NCBI GenBank assembly: GCA_040386535.1
Contig: JAZKFH010000008.1
Span: 1-43,545, forward strand
DNA from: Myxococcota bacterium
GTDB taxonomy: Bacteria > Myxococcota_A > UBA796 > SXON01
Length of the DNA: 43,545 nucleotides
Reading direction: 5' to 3'
Shown: positions 18,010 to 26,711 of the stretch, in pieces
Position numbering within the stretch: position 1 is the stretch's first letter
How the letters are laid out: each line of letters opens with the position of its first letter
Position numbers and translations under genes: made by a program
Notes under the pieces: generated by a model
Databases searched by the model: none
Told to the model about the DNA's origin: nothing
The model's input: the letters and a program-made list of their open reading frames with translations, nothing else

Positions 18010-19350
18010 CTAACGCTTCATGCCGTATTCACCGGTGGGCTCCGCGGTCCGAGAACCGGGAACGGTCAGCTGCCCCATGATGAACAGCTGGAAATCGCTC
18101 GGATTGTACCCCTCGGTCCGGCCCGGCGCCGTCGGCACCTCGCCCGGCGCCATCGGGCGCACCAGCTCGGGGGTGACGAAGATGACCAGCTCGGTCTCCT
18201 CGCGCTTGTGCTTCACGTAGCGGAAGAGCGCCCCGACCAGCGGGATGTCGCCGAGGATCGGGATCGCGGCGCGCGTGGAGGTGGTGCGCTCGTGCAGCAT
18301 GCCCGCCATGGCGAAGGTCATGCCGCTCTGGAGGCGCAGATGGCTGTCCCCCTTGCGGACGAGCATGCCGGGAACCTCGATGTTCGCGAGGCGGATCGTG
18401 GTGTTCGGATCGATCTCGCTCACCTCGACGTACGCGTGCATGTCGATCACGTTCCCGGAGAGGACCGTGGGGACGAACACCAGCTTGACGCCGTACTCCT
18501 TGAACTCGATGGTGATGCGCTCGTCGTTCTGGGCGACAGGGACGGGCACCTCGCCGCCGGCCATGAACTCGGCCTGCTGCCCCGACAACGCGACGAGCGA
18601 GGGCTCGGCGAGGGTGCGGGAGAGCTTGTTCTGCTCGAGCACCGCGAGGATCGCGCTCACGTCGAACGCGCCGGAGAAGCTGCCGAGCAGCTGGATCACG
18701 TCCGTGCCCGGCGCGAAGCCGGCCAGCTGGGCGCCGATCCCGGCGTTGTTGTCGAACAGCACGGAGAGCCCGAGCTCGCGCAAGCCGGTGCGGCTCACCT
18801 CGGCGAACACGACCTTGAGCTGGACCTGGTGGTCCCCGCGCACGGTCATGAGGTTCACGAAGTCTTCGTCGTAGATCCGGGCGATCGCGGAGACACGCTC
18901 GAGCGTCTCGAGGTCCTCCACCGCGCCCTCGACCACGAGGCGATCCTTGACCGGGTAGATCTTGGGCGCCGGCCCGGTGACCGCGCCGCGGATGCGCCGG
19001 CCGATGTCGGTCAGATCGACCGACACGACCACCTTGAAGGTGACGGGCCGCGACACGTCGTCGCGGTACCACACCCAGAGGTCGGTCGAGCCGACCGCGA
19101 GCCCGCGCACCTGGTACTGCCCCTCTTCGAGGAGGCGGAGCTCGGCGACCGCGGGGTCACTGATGAGCACGCGCGAGATGGTGCGGCTGTCGCGCTGGAT
19201 GACCGATTCGCCGACGCCGACATCGATGAGGTTCTGGGCGGGCTCGGCGGCGAGGGCCGAGGAGCAGAGGGTCGAGGGGGACACGGTGGCGAGCGCCAGC
19301 GTGAGGACACCGGCGCCGACGAGGCCCCGGATGAGTCGGAAGGAGCTCAT
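18010..19350 (-). CDS. cpaC: Tad secretin CpaC/RcpA
   Basis: Signal peptide, QVQLKVVFAEVSR, LAEPSLVALSGQ, GGEVPVP, IPILGDIPLVGALF and ETELVIFVTP. Confidence 0.92.
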   Translation of the reverse strand: MSSFRLIRGLVGAGVLTLALATVSPSTLCSSALAAEPAQNLIDVGVGESVIQRDSRTISRVLISDPAVAELRLLEEGQYQVRGLAVGSTDLWVWYRDDVSRPVTFKVVVSVDLTDIGRRIRGAVTGPAPKIYPVKDRLVVEGAVEDLETLERVSAIARIYDEDFVNLMTVRGDHQVQLKVVFAEVSRTGLRELGLSVLFDNNAGIGAQLAGFAPGTDVIQLLGSFSGAFDVSAILAVLEQNKLSRTLAEPSLVALSGQQAEFMAGGEVPVPVAQNDERITIEFKEYGVKLVFVPTVLSGNVIDMHAYVEVSEIDPNTTIRLANIEVPGMLVRKGDSHLRLQSGMTFAMAGMLHERTTSTRAAIPILGDIPLVGALFRYVKHKREETELVIFVTPELVRPMAPGEVPTAPGRTEGYNPSDFQLFIMGQLTVPGSRTAEPTGEYGMKR

Positions 19351-20324
19351 TACTTCCTCTTGTTCTTCTCGGTGGACTCGTCGCTCGTGCCGTCGGGGTT
19401 GAACGACACTTCGGTCTTGGAGGCGCCGGAGATGACTTCGGCCTTGGGAACGACGGGGGGGGCGGCGACGACGGGAACATCCTTGCGGCGGCGGATCGGG
19501 GAGGGATCCGCGGCGTCGACCGGGTCGAAGCCGATGAGCCTGTCGATCGTGTTGAGGCCGCCTTGCGAATCGATCTGGAGGATGTCGATGTCGCTGCGCA
19601 GGACGACGTGGATCTCGCCACGGCTCTGGGCCAGCGCGAGCTTCTCGGCCTCGTCGGGCGTGAGCTCGACGGTGATGGAGGGCTTGAGCTTCTTGGTGCT
19701 CTCGCCCTTCTTCTTCTTCGTGTCGTTGGCCTCGGCCTCCTTGGCGGCGTTGCCGCCGAGGCTCGAACCCACCGCGAGGACCTTGATCTCCTGCAGGATG
19801 GTCTCGGCGACGTACTTCGCGCCGACGGCGAGCGGATCCTCGGGCTTGATGGTGACGATCACGTCGACGAAGTTGCCGGCCTGCAGCAGGCCCGCGACCG
19901 CGGTTTCCGTGTCGGTGGCGATCGTCATGGCGCGCTTGCCGGGCGTGACGATGGCGTTGAGGCCGACGCCCGCGTTGGCGGAGGCGAGCCGCTCGTCGCG
20001 CACGGCCTCGTTCGCGAGGATGCGCTCGCGGGGGGTGCGGCCGAGCACCTTGTCCAGCTCGCCGAAGATCTGGTCTTGCGGGACCATCTCCGGGATGACG
20101 TTGCGGAGCACGACATCCTCGGACGCGATCGGGAGCCCCATGTGGAGGTCGCGGACAGCCACGACGACCGAGACGGTCTCCTTTGGCTTCTGCGCCTCCT
20201 TGATCTGCTTCTGCGAGTTGCGGATGACGTTGAAGACGATCGCGGCGGCCACGAAGGCCAGGAGCAGGGAACCCACCAAAAAGATGATGGCGCGTGTGCG
20301 TCCACCCGATTGCTGACGCTGCAT
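19350..20324 (-). CDS. cpaB: Flp pilus assembly protein CpaB/RcpC
   Basis: N-terminal TM, SAF-like VVVAVRDL, PGKRAMTI, VDVIVT and VELTPDEAEKLALA. GAAGGAG precedes ATG 20324. Confidence 0.9.
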   Translation of the reverse strand: MQRQQSGGRTRAIIFLVGSLLLAFVAAAIVFNVIRNSQKQIKEAQKPKETVSVVVAVRDLHMGLPIASEDVVLRNVIPEMVPQDQIFGELDKVLGRTPRERILANEAVRDERLASANAGVGLNAIVTPGKRAMTIATDTETAVAGLLQAGNFVDVIVTIKPEDPLAVGAKYVAETILQEIKVLAVGSSLGGNAAKEAEANDTKKKKGESTKKLKPSITVELTPDEAEKLALAQSRGEIHVVLRSDIDILQIDSQGGLNTIDRLIGFDPVDAADPSPIRRRKDVPVVAAPPVVPKAEVISGASKTEVSFNPDGTSDESTEKNKRK

Positions 20325-20465
20325 CCCGGCTCCTTCAAGGGTGGTGGCGCTGGCCACCGTCATGCTTTGGACGGGCAGTACGTAAAGCACGTGCCCGAGA
20401 TCGGCAAACGCGGACAAGGGGCCTGTAAGCCAGTAGGCATCGGCCTGAAACGACTAGGCGAGAGG

Positions 20466-20507
20466 CAAAAACGAAGACGGGCGCTCCCGTCGCCGGGAGC
20501 GCCCGTC
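20466..20507 (-). terminator. Intrinsic terminator downstream of flp
   Basis: 14-bp perfect stem GACGGGCGCTCCCG/CGGGAGCGCCCGTC (20476-20507) followed on the minus strand by TTCGTTTTTG. Confidence 0.85.
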
Positions 20508-20522
20508 CGTGGTCGGTCCGAA

Positions 20523-20693
20523 CTACCCGCTGGTGGCGGCGTCGAGGTCGGTCGAGATGTTCGTGAACAGCGTCTCGAGGCTGCCACCGAGGAGCGTGAG
20601 GGCCGCGATGATGGCGACGGCCACCAGGGCTGCGATCAGGCCGTACTCGATAGCGGTGGCGCCGGACTCGTCGCGGATGAGCTGGGTGAACAT
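20523..20693 (-). CDS. flp: Flp/Fap pilin (56 aa; absent from ORF track)
   Basis: Manual translation MFTQLIRDESG/ATAIEYGLIAALVAVAIIAALTLLGGSLETLFTNISTDLDAATSG* has the Flp motif G|ATAIEY. AGGAG RBS upstream. Confidence 0.95.
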   Translation of the reverse strand: MFTQLIRDESGATAIEYGLIAALVAVAIIAALTLLGGSLETLFTNISTDLDAATSG

Positions 20694-20827
20694 GGTGGTG
20701 TGCTCCTGATTCTAAGGGAATTTGCACCGGTAACGTCGTACGAGCCTCCCTCCAGCCCGCACTATCCGGTCAGAGGCGCGCTGCCTCTGCCCTGATACAT
20801 AGCGGAGTCCCTGCTCAAGGCGCAACG

Positions 20828-21928
20828 TCAAACGGCGAAATGTAAGTCTTTCCATTTTCCTGGAAGGACGATCGCTTTCCTGCCATCGAGGAACGCTGCG
20901 AACTCTGGTCCGAGCGCGGATCCGCGCCAGCTCTCGATCGGAAGCCCCGCCGCGAGGCGGTCCAAAGTGGTGTCGGTCAGGACGAGCTCGGGCGCCACCC
21001 CCCGCTCCGCCTCCGCCGTTCGGGCCGCTACCCCCACCAGCTCCCGCCACAGGCGGCCGCGGGAGACCGGCCCGGGAGGAGGCGTGGCGGTCCGACCCGC
21101 GGCGATGCAGGCCAGCACCGCCGTGCCCTCCCGCTTCCACACCTGGCTCGGCATCCGCCGGTTGGCGCGGAGGGCCTCGAAGCTGGCGGGCTGGCGGCGC
21201 GCGAGGTCCAGCAACATCGAGTCGGACACGACGTTCGAGCGCGTGACGTCCCGCTCCTGGGCGGCGCTGTCGCGCCAGGCCGCGAGCGCCTGCAGCACGG
21301 CCCGCTCCGTATCGTCGAGCAGGTGGGCCCCCGGCACGGTGCGCCAGGCCTGGGAGAGATCCTCGGGGAGCAGCGCGCGGGCGAGATGCTCCGCCGTGCA
21401 CGCCGCCGCGATCTCGGTGTTGCCGAGCGCCGCCAGCTTCGCGTCGAGCGCACTGGCGAGAGGCTCGAGAAGCAGCACGTCGTCCGCGGCGTAGCTGAGC
21501 TGATCGGCCGAGAGCGGGCGCTGCGACCAGTCCGAGAGGGTCGCCGCCTTGGGCAGGTGCAGATCGAGGTGGCGGCGCACCAGCTCTTGCAGGCGGATGG
21601 GGAAGCCGTCTCCCGCGCATCCCGCGGCGATCTGCGTGTCGTACACGGAGGTGGGCCGCATCCCGATCTCGCGGTGGAGGATCTGCAGATCCATCACCCC
21701 GCCGTGGAGCAGGAGCGGCACCTCGGACAGGGCCTTGCCGAGCGGCGCGAGATCGATGTCACCGAGGGGATCGACCAGCATGGCGGGGCCGAGGTCGGCA
21801 CGCAGCTGGATCAACATCAGGCGCGGGTGGTAGTGGCGCTCCGCGTGGAACTCGGTGTCGACGGCCACGCGCCGCGCTCCGGCGATGGCGTCGAGGACGG
21901 GCTGGAGGGCGGCAGAGGTGCGGATCAA
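20828..21928 (-). CDS. rnd: Ribonuclease D (DEDDy exonuclease + HRDC)
   Basis: VAVDTEF, LHGGVMDL, YDTQIAA, SDWSQRPLS.QLSYAADDV and HRDC WRDSAAQERD. Confidence 0.9.
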   Translation of the reverse strand: MIRTSAALQPVLDAIAGARRVAVDTEFHAERHYHPRLMLIQLRADLGPAMLVDPLGDIDLAPLGKALSEVPLLLHGGVMDLQILHREIGMRPTSVYDTQIAAGCAGDGFPIRLQELVRRHLDLHLPKAATLSDWSQRPLSADQLSYAADDVLLLEPLASALDAKLAALGNTEIAAACTAEHLARALLPEDLSQAWRTVPGAHLLDDTERAVLQALAAWRDSAAQERDVTRSNVVSDSMLLDLARRQPASFEALRANRRMPSQVWKREGTAVLACIAAGRTATPPPGPVSRGRLWRELVGVAARTAEAERGVAPELVLTDTTLDRLAAGLPIESWRGSALGPEFAAFLDGRKAIVLPGKWKDLHFAV

Positions 21929-22033
21929 CGGGAACCTTGTGGTCGGGGGCGCAGGCTATCGCATCGGGGGACCCGCGTTGGGCCGAAGTGCCCTCGGGTT
22001 AGGCTGCGCGCGCGGGAGGGCGGCGAAATCCGG

Positions 22034-23056
22034 ATGCGTGAAGGATTGGAAACGTCGACGCAGGCCCCTTCGTTCCCGCGCGCCTGGTCCTGGGAGGATC
22101 CCGCGTTGCTCGACGCGCTGGCGCTCGGCCCCGACGACGACGTCGCCGTGTTCGAGCCCTCGGGAGACGACGCCCTCGTCGCGTGCGCCACGGGCCCCCG
22201 CTCCGTGCACGCCTTCGTCCCCGACCTCGCGTCCCGCGCCCTCGTGGAGCTCAAACGCGCCGCCGCGCGAGAGCTGCCGGGGCAGAGCGTCCGGTCGCTC
22301 TTCGGGTTGGGCCACTTCGGGCGACGCGTCTGGTTCTACCACTACCTTCGGCCCGGGCTCCCCGCCGACGTGCAGGCCTGGTGGGACGCGCGAGAGGGCA
22401 CCATCCGCGCCGGGATCGCCGGGGAAGGCGCGGTGGAGCGCGCCGTCGCGGATCTGCGCGGGCGCCTCCTGCCCCTCGCGGTGGGACGCGGCGCGGTGGC
22501 GGCGTTGCTCGGCGCGCAGACGTTGGAGGCCCAGCGCGTCGTGGTCGCCGCGCAGTGGCGTGGCCTGCGGTGGCGGGCGCTCACGAAGGTGGGGCTGCCG
22601 CGGCTCGCGCGCCTCGCGGACGCGGAGGAGATCGGCGCCGCCGCCCACCTCGACGCCGTGCTGGAGCGGGTTCCCGTGGCCGCGAGCCCGTTCGTCTCCT
22701 GGCTGCTCGGCGGCACGTGGGGCGGCCCCGAGGGGGTCCCCGCGTGGATGTCGACCCCGGGCGTGGCCGCGCTCAAGCCGCACGTCGCCTCCCTGACCGT
22801 CTCCATCGCGGCCCGCGCCGTGGCGCTCGCCGACGCGCCGCGCGGCGCCTGGTCCGCGGTGATCGTCGGCCGCCGCTCGCTCTCGTCGCAAGAGGCGGCC
22901 GCGCTCAAGCGCTGCCTCCGCTTCGGCGGCCGCGTGCTCGGTTGGGGCCCGCCGCCCAGCCTCCTCCAGGTCGACATCGGCGCCACCACGGCGCTCGTCG
23001 CCGGTGACCGCGGCCTGTTCCCGGGCCGTCCGTGGCTGGCGCGCCACCCCGGGTAG
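22034..23056 (+). CDS. DUF3419 / BtaA-like protein (divergent)
   Basis: WSWEDPALLDALALGPDD, SGDDAL, LVELKRAA, WWDARE..I..GI...G..ER and WRGLRWR match the DUF3419 layout. ATG 22034 lies inside the longer ORF. Confidence 0.65.
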   Translation: MREGLETSTQAPSFPRAWSWEDPALLDALALGPDDDVAVFEPSGDDALVACATGPRSVHAFVPDLASRALVELKRAAARELPGQSVRSLFGLGHFGRRVWFYHYLRPGLPADVQAWWDAREGTIRAGIAGEGAVERAVADLRGRLLPLAVGRGAVAALLGAQTLEAQRVVVAAQWRGLRWRALTKVGLPRLARLADAEEIGAAAHLDAVLERVPVAASPFVSWLLGGTWGGPEGVPAWMSTPGVAALKPHVASLTVSIAARAVALADAPRGAWSAVIVGRRSLSSQEAAALKRCLRFGGRVLGWGPPPSLLQVDIGATTALVAGDRGLFPGRPWLARHPG

Positions 23057-23086
23057 GGCCACCCCGCGGCGAGGTCGCGCGGGCGT

Positions 23087-23794
23087 TCAGAGCAGCGGCA
23101 GCAGTCCCCAGCCGCCCCAGACGAGGACGCCCAGCGCGACGAGGCCGAACGCGGCCCACCGCTGGCCCGCCCGCCGCTGGTGGCGCACGACCTCGGCCCC
23201 GTCGCGGTCGGACACGAGGAGCGGGGTGCCCTCTCCCAGGTGGAGCGCCCAACCGGCTTCGCCGCCGCGGGCCGTGCCGACGGCGAACACGCGGTCGTCC
23301 GCGAGCAGGATCTCCTCGCGCCAGCGCAGGAACGGGCCCGCGGGCGGGATGCTCGGCGGGGCGACACGCGCCAGGAGGGTGTCGAGCTCGGGGCTCGGGA
23401 CGGCGAAGATGCCCGTGCGCACGCGGTCGGGAGAGGCCACGACCACGTCGGCGTCATCGAGGCGGAGGGCGACCGCGCCCGTGTCGTCGGCGATCGCGGC
23501 GGGGAGCGACGCGCGCTGGTCGAGCACCGTTTCCCAGCGGTTGCGACGGCGCTGCTCGAGGAGGAGGCGGTAGAACACGGCCGGCCGGCTGGTCAGCGGC
23601 GCGATGAGCTCGCCCTCGGCCTGCAGGCGGCCCGCCACCTCGTGCAGGCCCTCGTCCAGCTCGGCTACGGGGGTGGGCGCGGCCTCGGCGAGCAGGCGCG
23701 CATTGCCGAAGGCGCGAGCCGCGAGGCCGACGCACACCGTCGTCGCGGCGACGCCCACGCCCGTGATGATCCCCGGTACCAGCAAGCTTGCCAT
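23087..23794 (-). CDS. GIDE-domain-like membrane protein
   Basis: N- and C-terminal TM helices, with TPVAEL, APLTSRPAV, DDTG, REEIL and LLVSDR motifs. Confidence 0.6.
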   Translation of the reverse strand: MASLLVPGIITGVGVAATTVCVGLAARAFGNARLLAEAAPTPVAELDEGLHEVAGRLQAEGELIAPLTSRPAVFYRLLLEQRRRNRWETVLDQRASLPAAIADDTGAVALRLDDADVVVASPDRVRTGIFAVPSPELDTLLARVAPPSIPPAGPFLRWREEILLADDRVFAVGTARGGEAGWALHLGEGTPLLVSDRDGAEVVRHQRRAGQRWAAFGLVALGVLVWGGWGLLPLL

Positions 23795-25180
23795 TCAGAC
23801 GTCCCGGTACCGGATCTGGTGCTTCTTGAGCAGGCGCGTGATCGACTTGCGGTCCATCCCGGCGGTGCGTGCGGCGCGGGACACGTTCCCGTCGTGGCGC
23901 TCGATGAGGTCGATGAGGTACTGCCGCTCGAACTCCTCGATCAGCGCGTCCTTCGCGTCCTTGAGGGGGAGGCTCGAGATGACGGCGTCCGCGGGGAGGT
24001 TCGGCCGCGGCACGGCCGGGGGGGCGGGGCGGGCGGCCCGCAGCGCCTCGGGGAGCGCGTCGAGCGTGATGACGCTGCCGTCGGTGAACGGCAGCGCGCG
24101 CTCGATCACGTTGTTGAGCTCGCGCACGTTGCCGGGCCAGTGGTACGCGTCGAAGAGCGCGCGGACCTCGGGGGCGAGGCCCTTGATGCCACGCCCCGCG
24201 CCGCCGTGCTGGCTGTGTTCGGCGCGGTGAAGGAGGTGCTCGACCAGGAGCGGCACGTCCTCGCGGCGCTCGCGGAGGGCGGGCAGGCGCAGCTCGACGA
24301 CGGCGAGGCGGTAGTAGAGGTCCTCGCGGAAGCGGCCGGCGGCCACCTCGTCGCGCAGGTTGCGGTTGGTCGCGGCGACGACCCGCACGTCGACGTGGCG
24401 CACCTTGGTGCTGCCGACGCGGCGCACCTCGCGCTGCTCCAGCACCCGCAGCAGCTTGGGCTGGAGCTCCAGCGGCAGCTCCCCGATCTCGTCGATGAAG
24501 ATGGTGCCGGTGTCGGCCACCTCGAACAGGCCCTCGCGCGCCTGGATCGCGCCCGTGAACGCGCCCCGCTCGTGCCCGAACAGCTCGGACTCCACCAGGG
24601 TTTCGGGGGCGGCGCCGCAGTCGAACACCACGAACGGCTTGTTCTTGCGGTTCGACCGGTTGTGCGTCGCGCGGCTCACGAGCTCCTTGCCCGTGCCGGT
24701 CTCCCCCGTGACGAGCACGGTCAGGTCGGTGGGGGCGACGCGCTCGAGGATGCCGAACACCTCTCGCATCGCGATGCCGCGCCCGACGAGGCCCTCGAAA
24801 CGGTCGTTCTGCGAGGGGACGACGTCGATGATCTCGTCGGCCGGGCTGTAGATGATCTCGGTCTTGCCGACACGGAAGCGCGTGTCGGGCGCGAGGTACA
24901 CCTCCTTGACCCGCACGGCGCCGACGAACGTGCCGTTCGTGCTGCCGAGGTCACGCAGGATCGTGCCGTCCCGGCCACGCACGATCTCGGCGTGCAGGCG
25001 CGACACGGTGGTGTCGCCCAGGCGGATGTCGTTGTCCTCGCGGGTGCCGATGCGGATCACGTCCCGCTCGATCTGCCAGTCCTCCCCGGCGTTGACGCCG
25101 TCCGTGCAGGAGAGGCGCGCGCGCCGGAGGTAGATCTGCCGGCTGCCGGCGCTGGCGATCGTGCTGGTGATCTCGGACAT
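23795..25180 (-). CDS. FHA-domain sigma-54-dependent transcriptional activator
   Basis: FHA motifs VSRLHAEI..DLGSTNGTF. AAA+ GETGTGKE, GAFTGA and WPGNVREL. Fis-type HTH. Confidence 0.92.
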   Translation of the reverse strand: MSEITSTIASAGSRQIYLRRARLSCTDGVNAGEDWQIERDVIRIGTREDNDIRLGDTTVSRLHAEIVRGRDGTILRDLGSTNGTFVGAVRVKEVYLAPDTRFRVGKTEIIYSPADEIIDVVPSQNDRFEGLVGRGIAMREVFGILERVAPTDLTVLVTGETGTGKELVSRATHNRSNRKNKPFVVFDCGAAPETLVESELFGHERGAFTGAIQAREGLFEVADTGTIFIDEIGELPLELQPKLLRVLEQREVRRVGSTKVRHVDVRVVAATNRNLRDEVAAGRFREDLYYRLAVVELRLPALRERREDVPLLVEHLLHRAEHSQHGGAGRGIKGLAPEVRALFDAYHWPGNVRELNNVIERALPFTDGSVITLDALPEALRAARPAPPAVPRPNLPADAVISSLPLKDAKDALIEEFERQYLIDLIERHDGNVSRAARTAGMDRKSITRLLKKHQIRYRDV

Positions 25181-25191
25181 CGGCAGCAACC

Positions 25192-26691
25192 TTACCGCAT
25201 CGGGTCGCTCTCGTGGGGCCCGGCGTCCACCGTGTCCTCGGTGTCGTCGAAGCCGTCGGGATCGTCGCCCCCGTCGAGCCGGTCGGCCCCGCCCTGGCGC
25301 TTCATCATCCGCTGGATGGACTTGCGGTCGATGCCGGCGGCGCGCGCGGCCGCGGAGACGTTGCCTCCGTGTGCGTCGAGCAGGCGCTGCATGTACCGCT
25401 CGTCGAACCAGTCAGACCAGATCCGCTTGGCGTTCTTGAACGGGACCTCGGGGCGGATCACGTCGACGGGGGGCGCGTCCTCATCGTGCGGCTCGGCCGG
25501 AGCACCGGGGTGTTCGGTGCGGGGCGCGCGCAGCGCCGGCGGCAGGTCGCCCAGGTCCGCTTCGGGGCCGGGCGCGAGACCGGCGAGGTAGCGCGCACAA
25601 TTCACGAGCTCGCGCACGTTCCCGGGCCAGCGGTGGCCGGCGAGGTGCGCGCGGACCTCGGGGGTCAGGCGGAGCGTGGCGCGGCCGCTCTCCTGGCGGA
25701 ACCGCTCGACGAAGTGATCGAGCAGCGGCCCCACGTCTTCGGGGCGGTCACGGAGCGGCGGGAGGCGCACGCGCACGACGTTCAGGCGGTGGAACAGGTC
25801 CTCGCGGAACCGCCCGGCCGCGACCTCGGCCTCCAGATCCCGGTTCGTCGCCGCGACGACGCGGAAGTTGGCGTGCAGCTGCTTGTTGCCGCCCACGCGG
25901 CGGAAGGTGTGGTCCTGGAGGAGGCGCAGGAGCTTGGTCTGCACCGCGGTCTCCATCTCCGCGATCTCGTCGAGGAAGAACGTGCCGCCGTCGGCCTCCT
26001 CGACGAGCCCCCGCCGCGCAGTTGACGCGCCGGTGAACGCGCCGCGCTCGTGCCCGAACAGCTCGCTCTCCATGAGGTTGGCCGGGATCGCGGCGCAGTC
26101 GACCGGCACGAACGGCGCCTCCGCGCGCTTGCTCCGGGCGTGCACGGCGCGCGCGACGACCTCCTTGCCGGTGCCCGACTCGCCGGTGATCATCACCGTC
26201 AGATCGGTGGGGGCGACGCGCGCGAGCATCTCGTCGATCGCGCGCATGGGCGCCGAGCGGCCGACGAACGCCGGGGCGGCGCCACGGGCTTCGAGCTCGG
26301 CGCGCAGGCGACGGTTCTCCCGCGCGAGCCGACCGTGGCCCAGCGCCCGTTCGACCACCACGCGCAGCTCCTGCATGGAGAAGGGCTTGGCGATGTAGTC
26401 CCACGCGCCGGCGCGCATCGCGGCCACCGCGGTTTCGATCGTCGCGTGCGCGGTCATCAGCACGACCGGCACGCCCGGCGACTTCTCCAGCGCGGTCGCG
26501 AGCACGGCCATGCCGTCGATCCCCGGCATCATCAGGTCGGTGAGCACCAGATCGAAGGGGTCCCCCTCGAGCTCCGCGAGCGCCTCTCCGCCGGAGGTGC
26601 ATCCCACCACCTCGTGCCCGTCGCGCGCGACGATCCGCCGCGTGGTGTCGAGCATCTCGATCTCGTCGTCGACGCAGAGGACCCTGGCCAT
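25192..26691 (-). CDS. Sigma-54-dependent response regulator (NtrC family)
   Basis: Receiver VDDE/TDLMMP/KPF. GESGTGKE, GAFTGA, WPGNVREL and HTH. Start ATG 26691. Confidence 0.93.
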   Translation of the reverse strand: MARVLCVDDEIEMLDTTRRIVARDGHEVVGCTSGGEALAELEGDPFDLVLTDLMMPGIDGMAVLATALEKSPGVPVVLMTAHATIETAVAAMRAGAWDYIAKPFSMQELRVVVERALGHGRLARENRRLRAELEARGAAPAFVGRSAPMRAIDEMLARVAPTDLTVMITGESGTGKEVVARAVHARSKRAEAPFVPVDCAAIPANLMESELFGHERGAFTGASTARRGLVEEADGGTFFLDEIAEMETAVQTKLLRLLQDHTFRRVGGNKQLHANFRVVAATNRDLEAEVAAGRFREDLFHRLNVVRVRLPPLRDRPEDVGPLLDHFVERFRQESGRATLRLTPEVRAHLAGHRWPGNVRELVNCARYLAGLAPGPEADLGDLPPALRAPRTEHPGAPAEPHDEDAPPVDVIRPEVPFKNAKRIWSDWFDERYMQRLLDAHGGNVSAAARAAGIDRKSIQRMMKRQGGADRLDGGDDPDGFDDTEDTVDAGPHESDPMR

Positions 26692-26711
26692 GGCGACAGC
26701 GTAGCAGCAGC

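Noticed and set aside
17086..20316. 1076-aa plus-strand ORF, and similar long ORFs at 23180-25591, 38684-40903 and 40910-43456
   Set aside because: These are antisense or off-frame shadows of well-supported genes, expected in very GC-rich DNA.
20325..20465. c-di-GMP riboswitch before cpaB
   Set aside because: A GGCAAAC-like word is on the wrong strand, and the GNRA/receptor architecture is absent.
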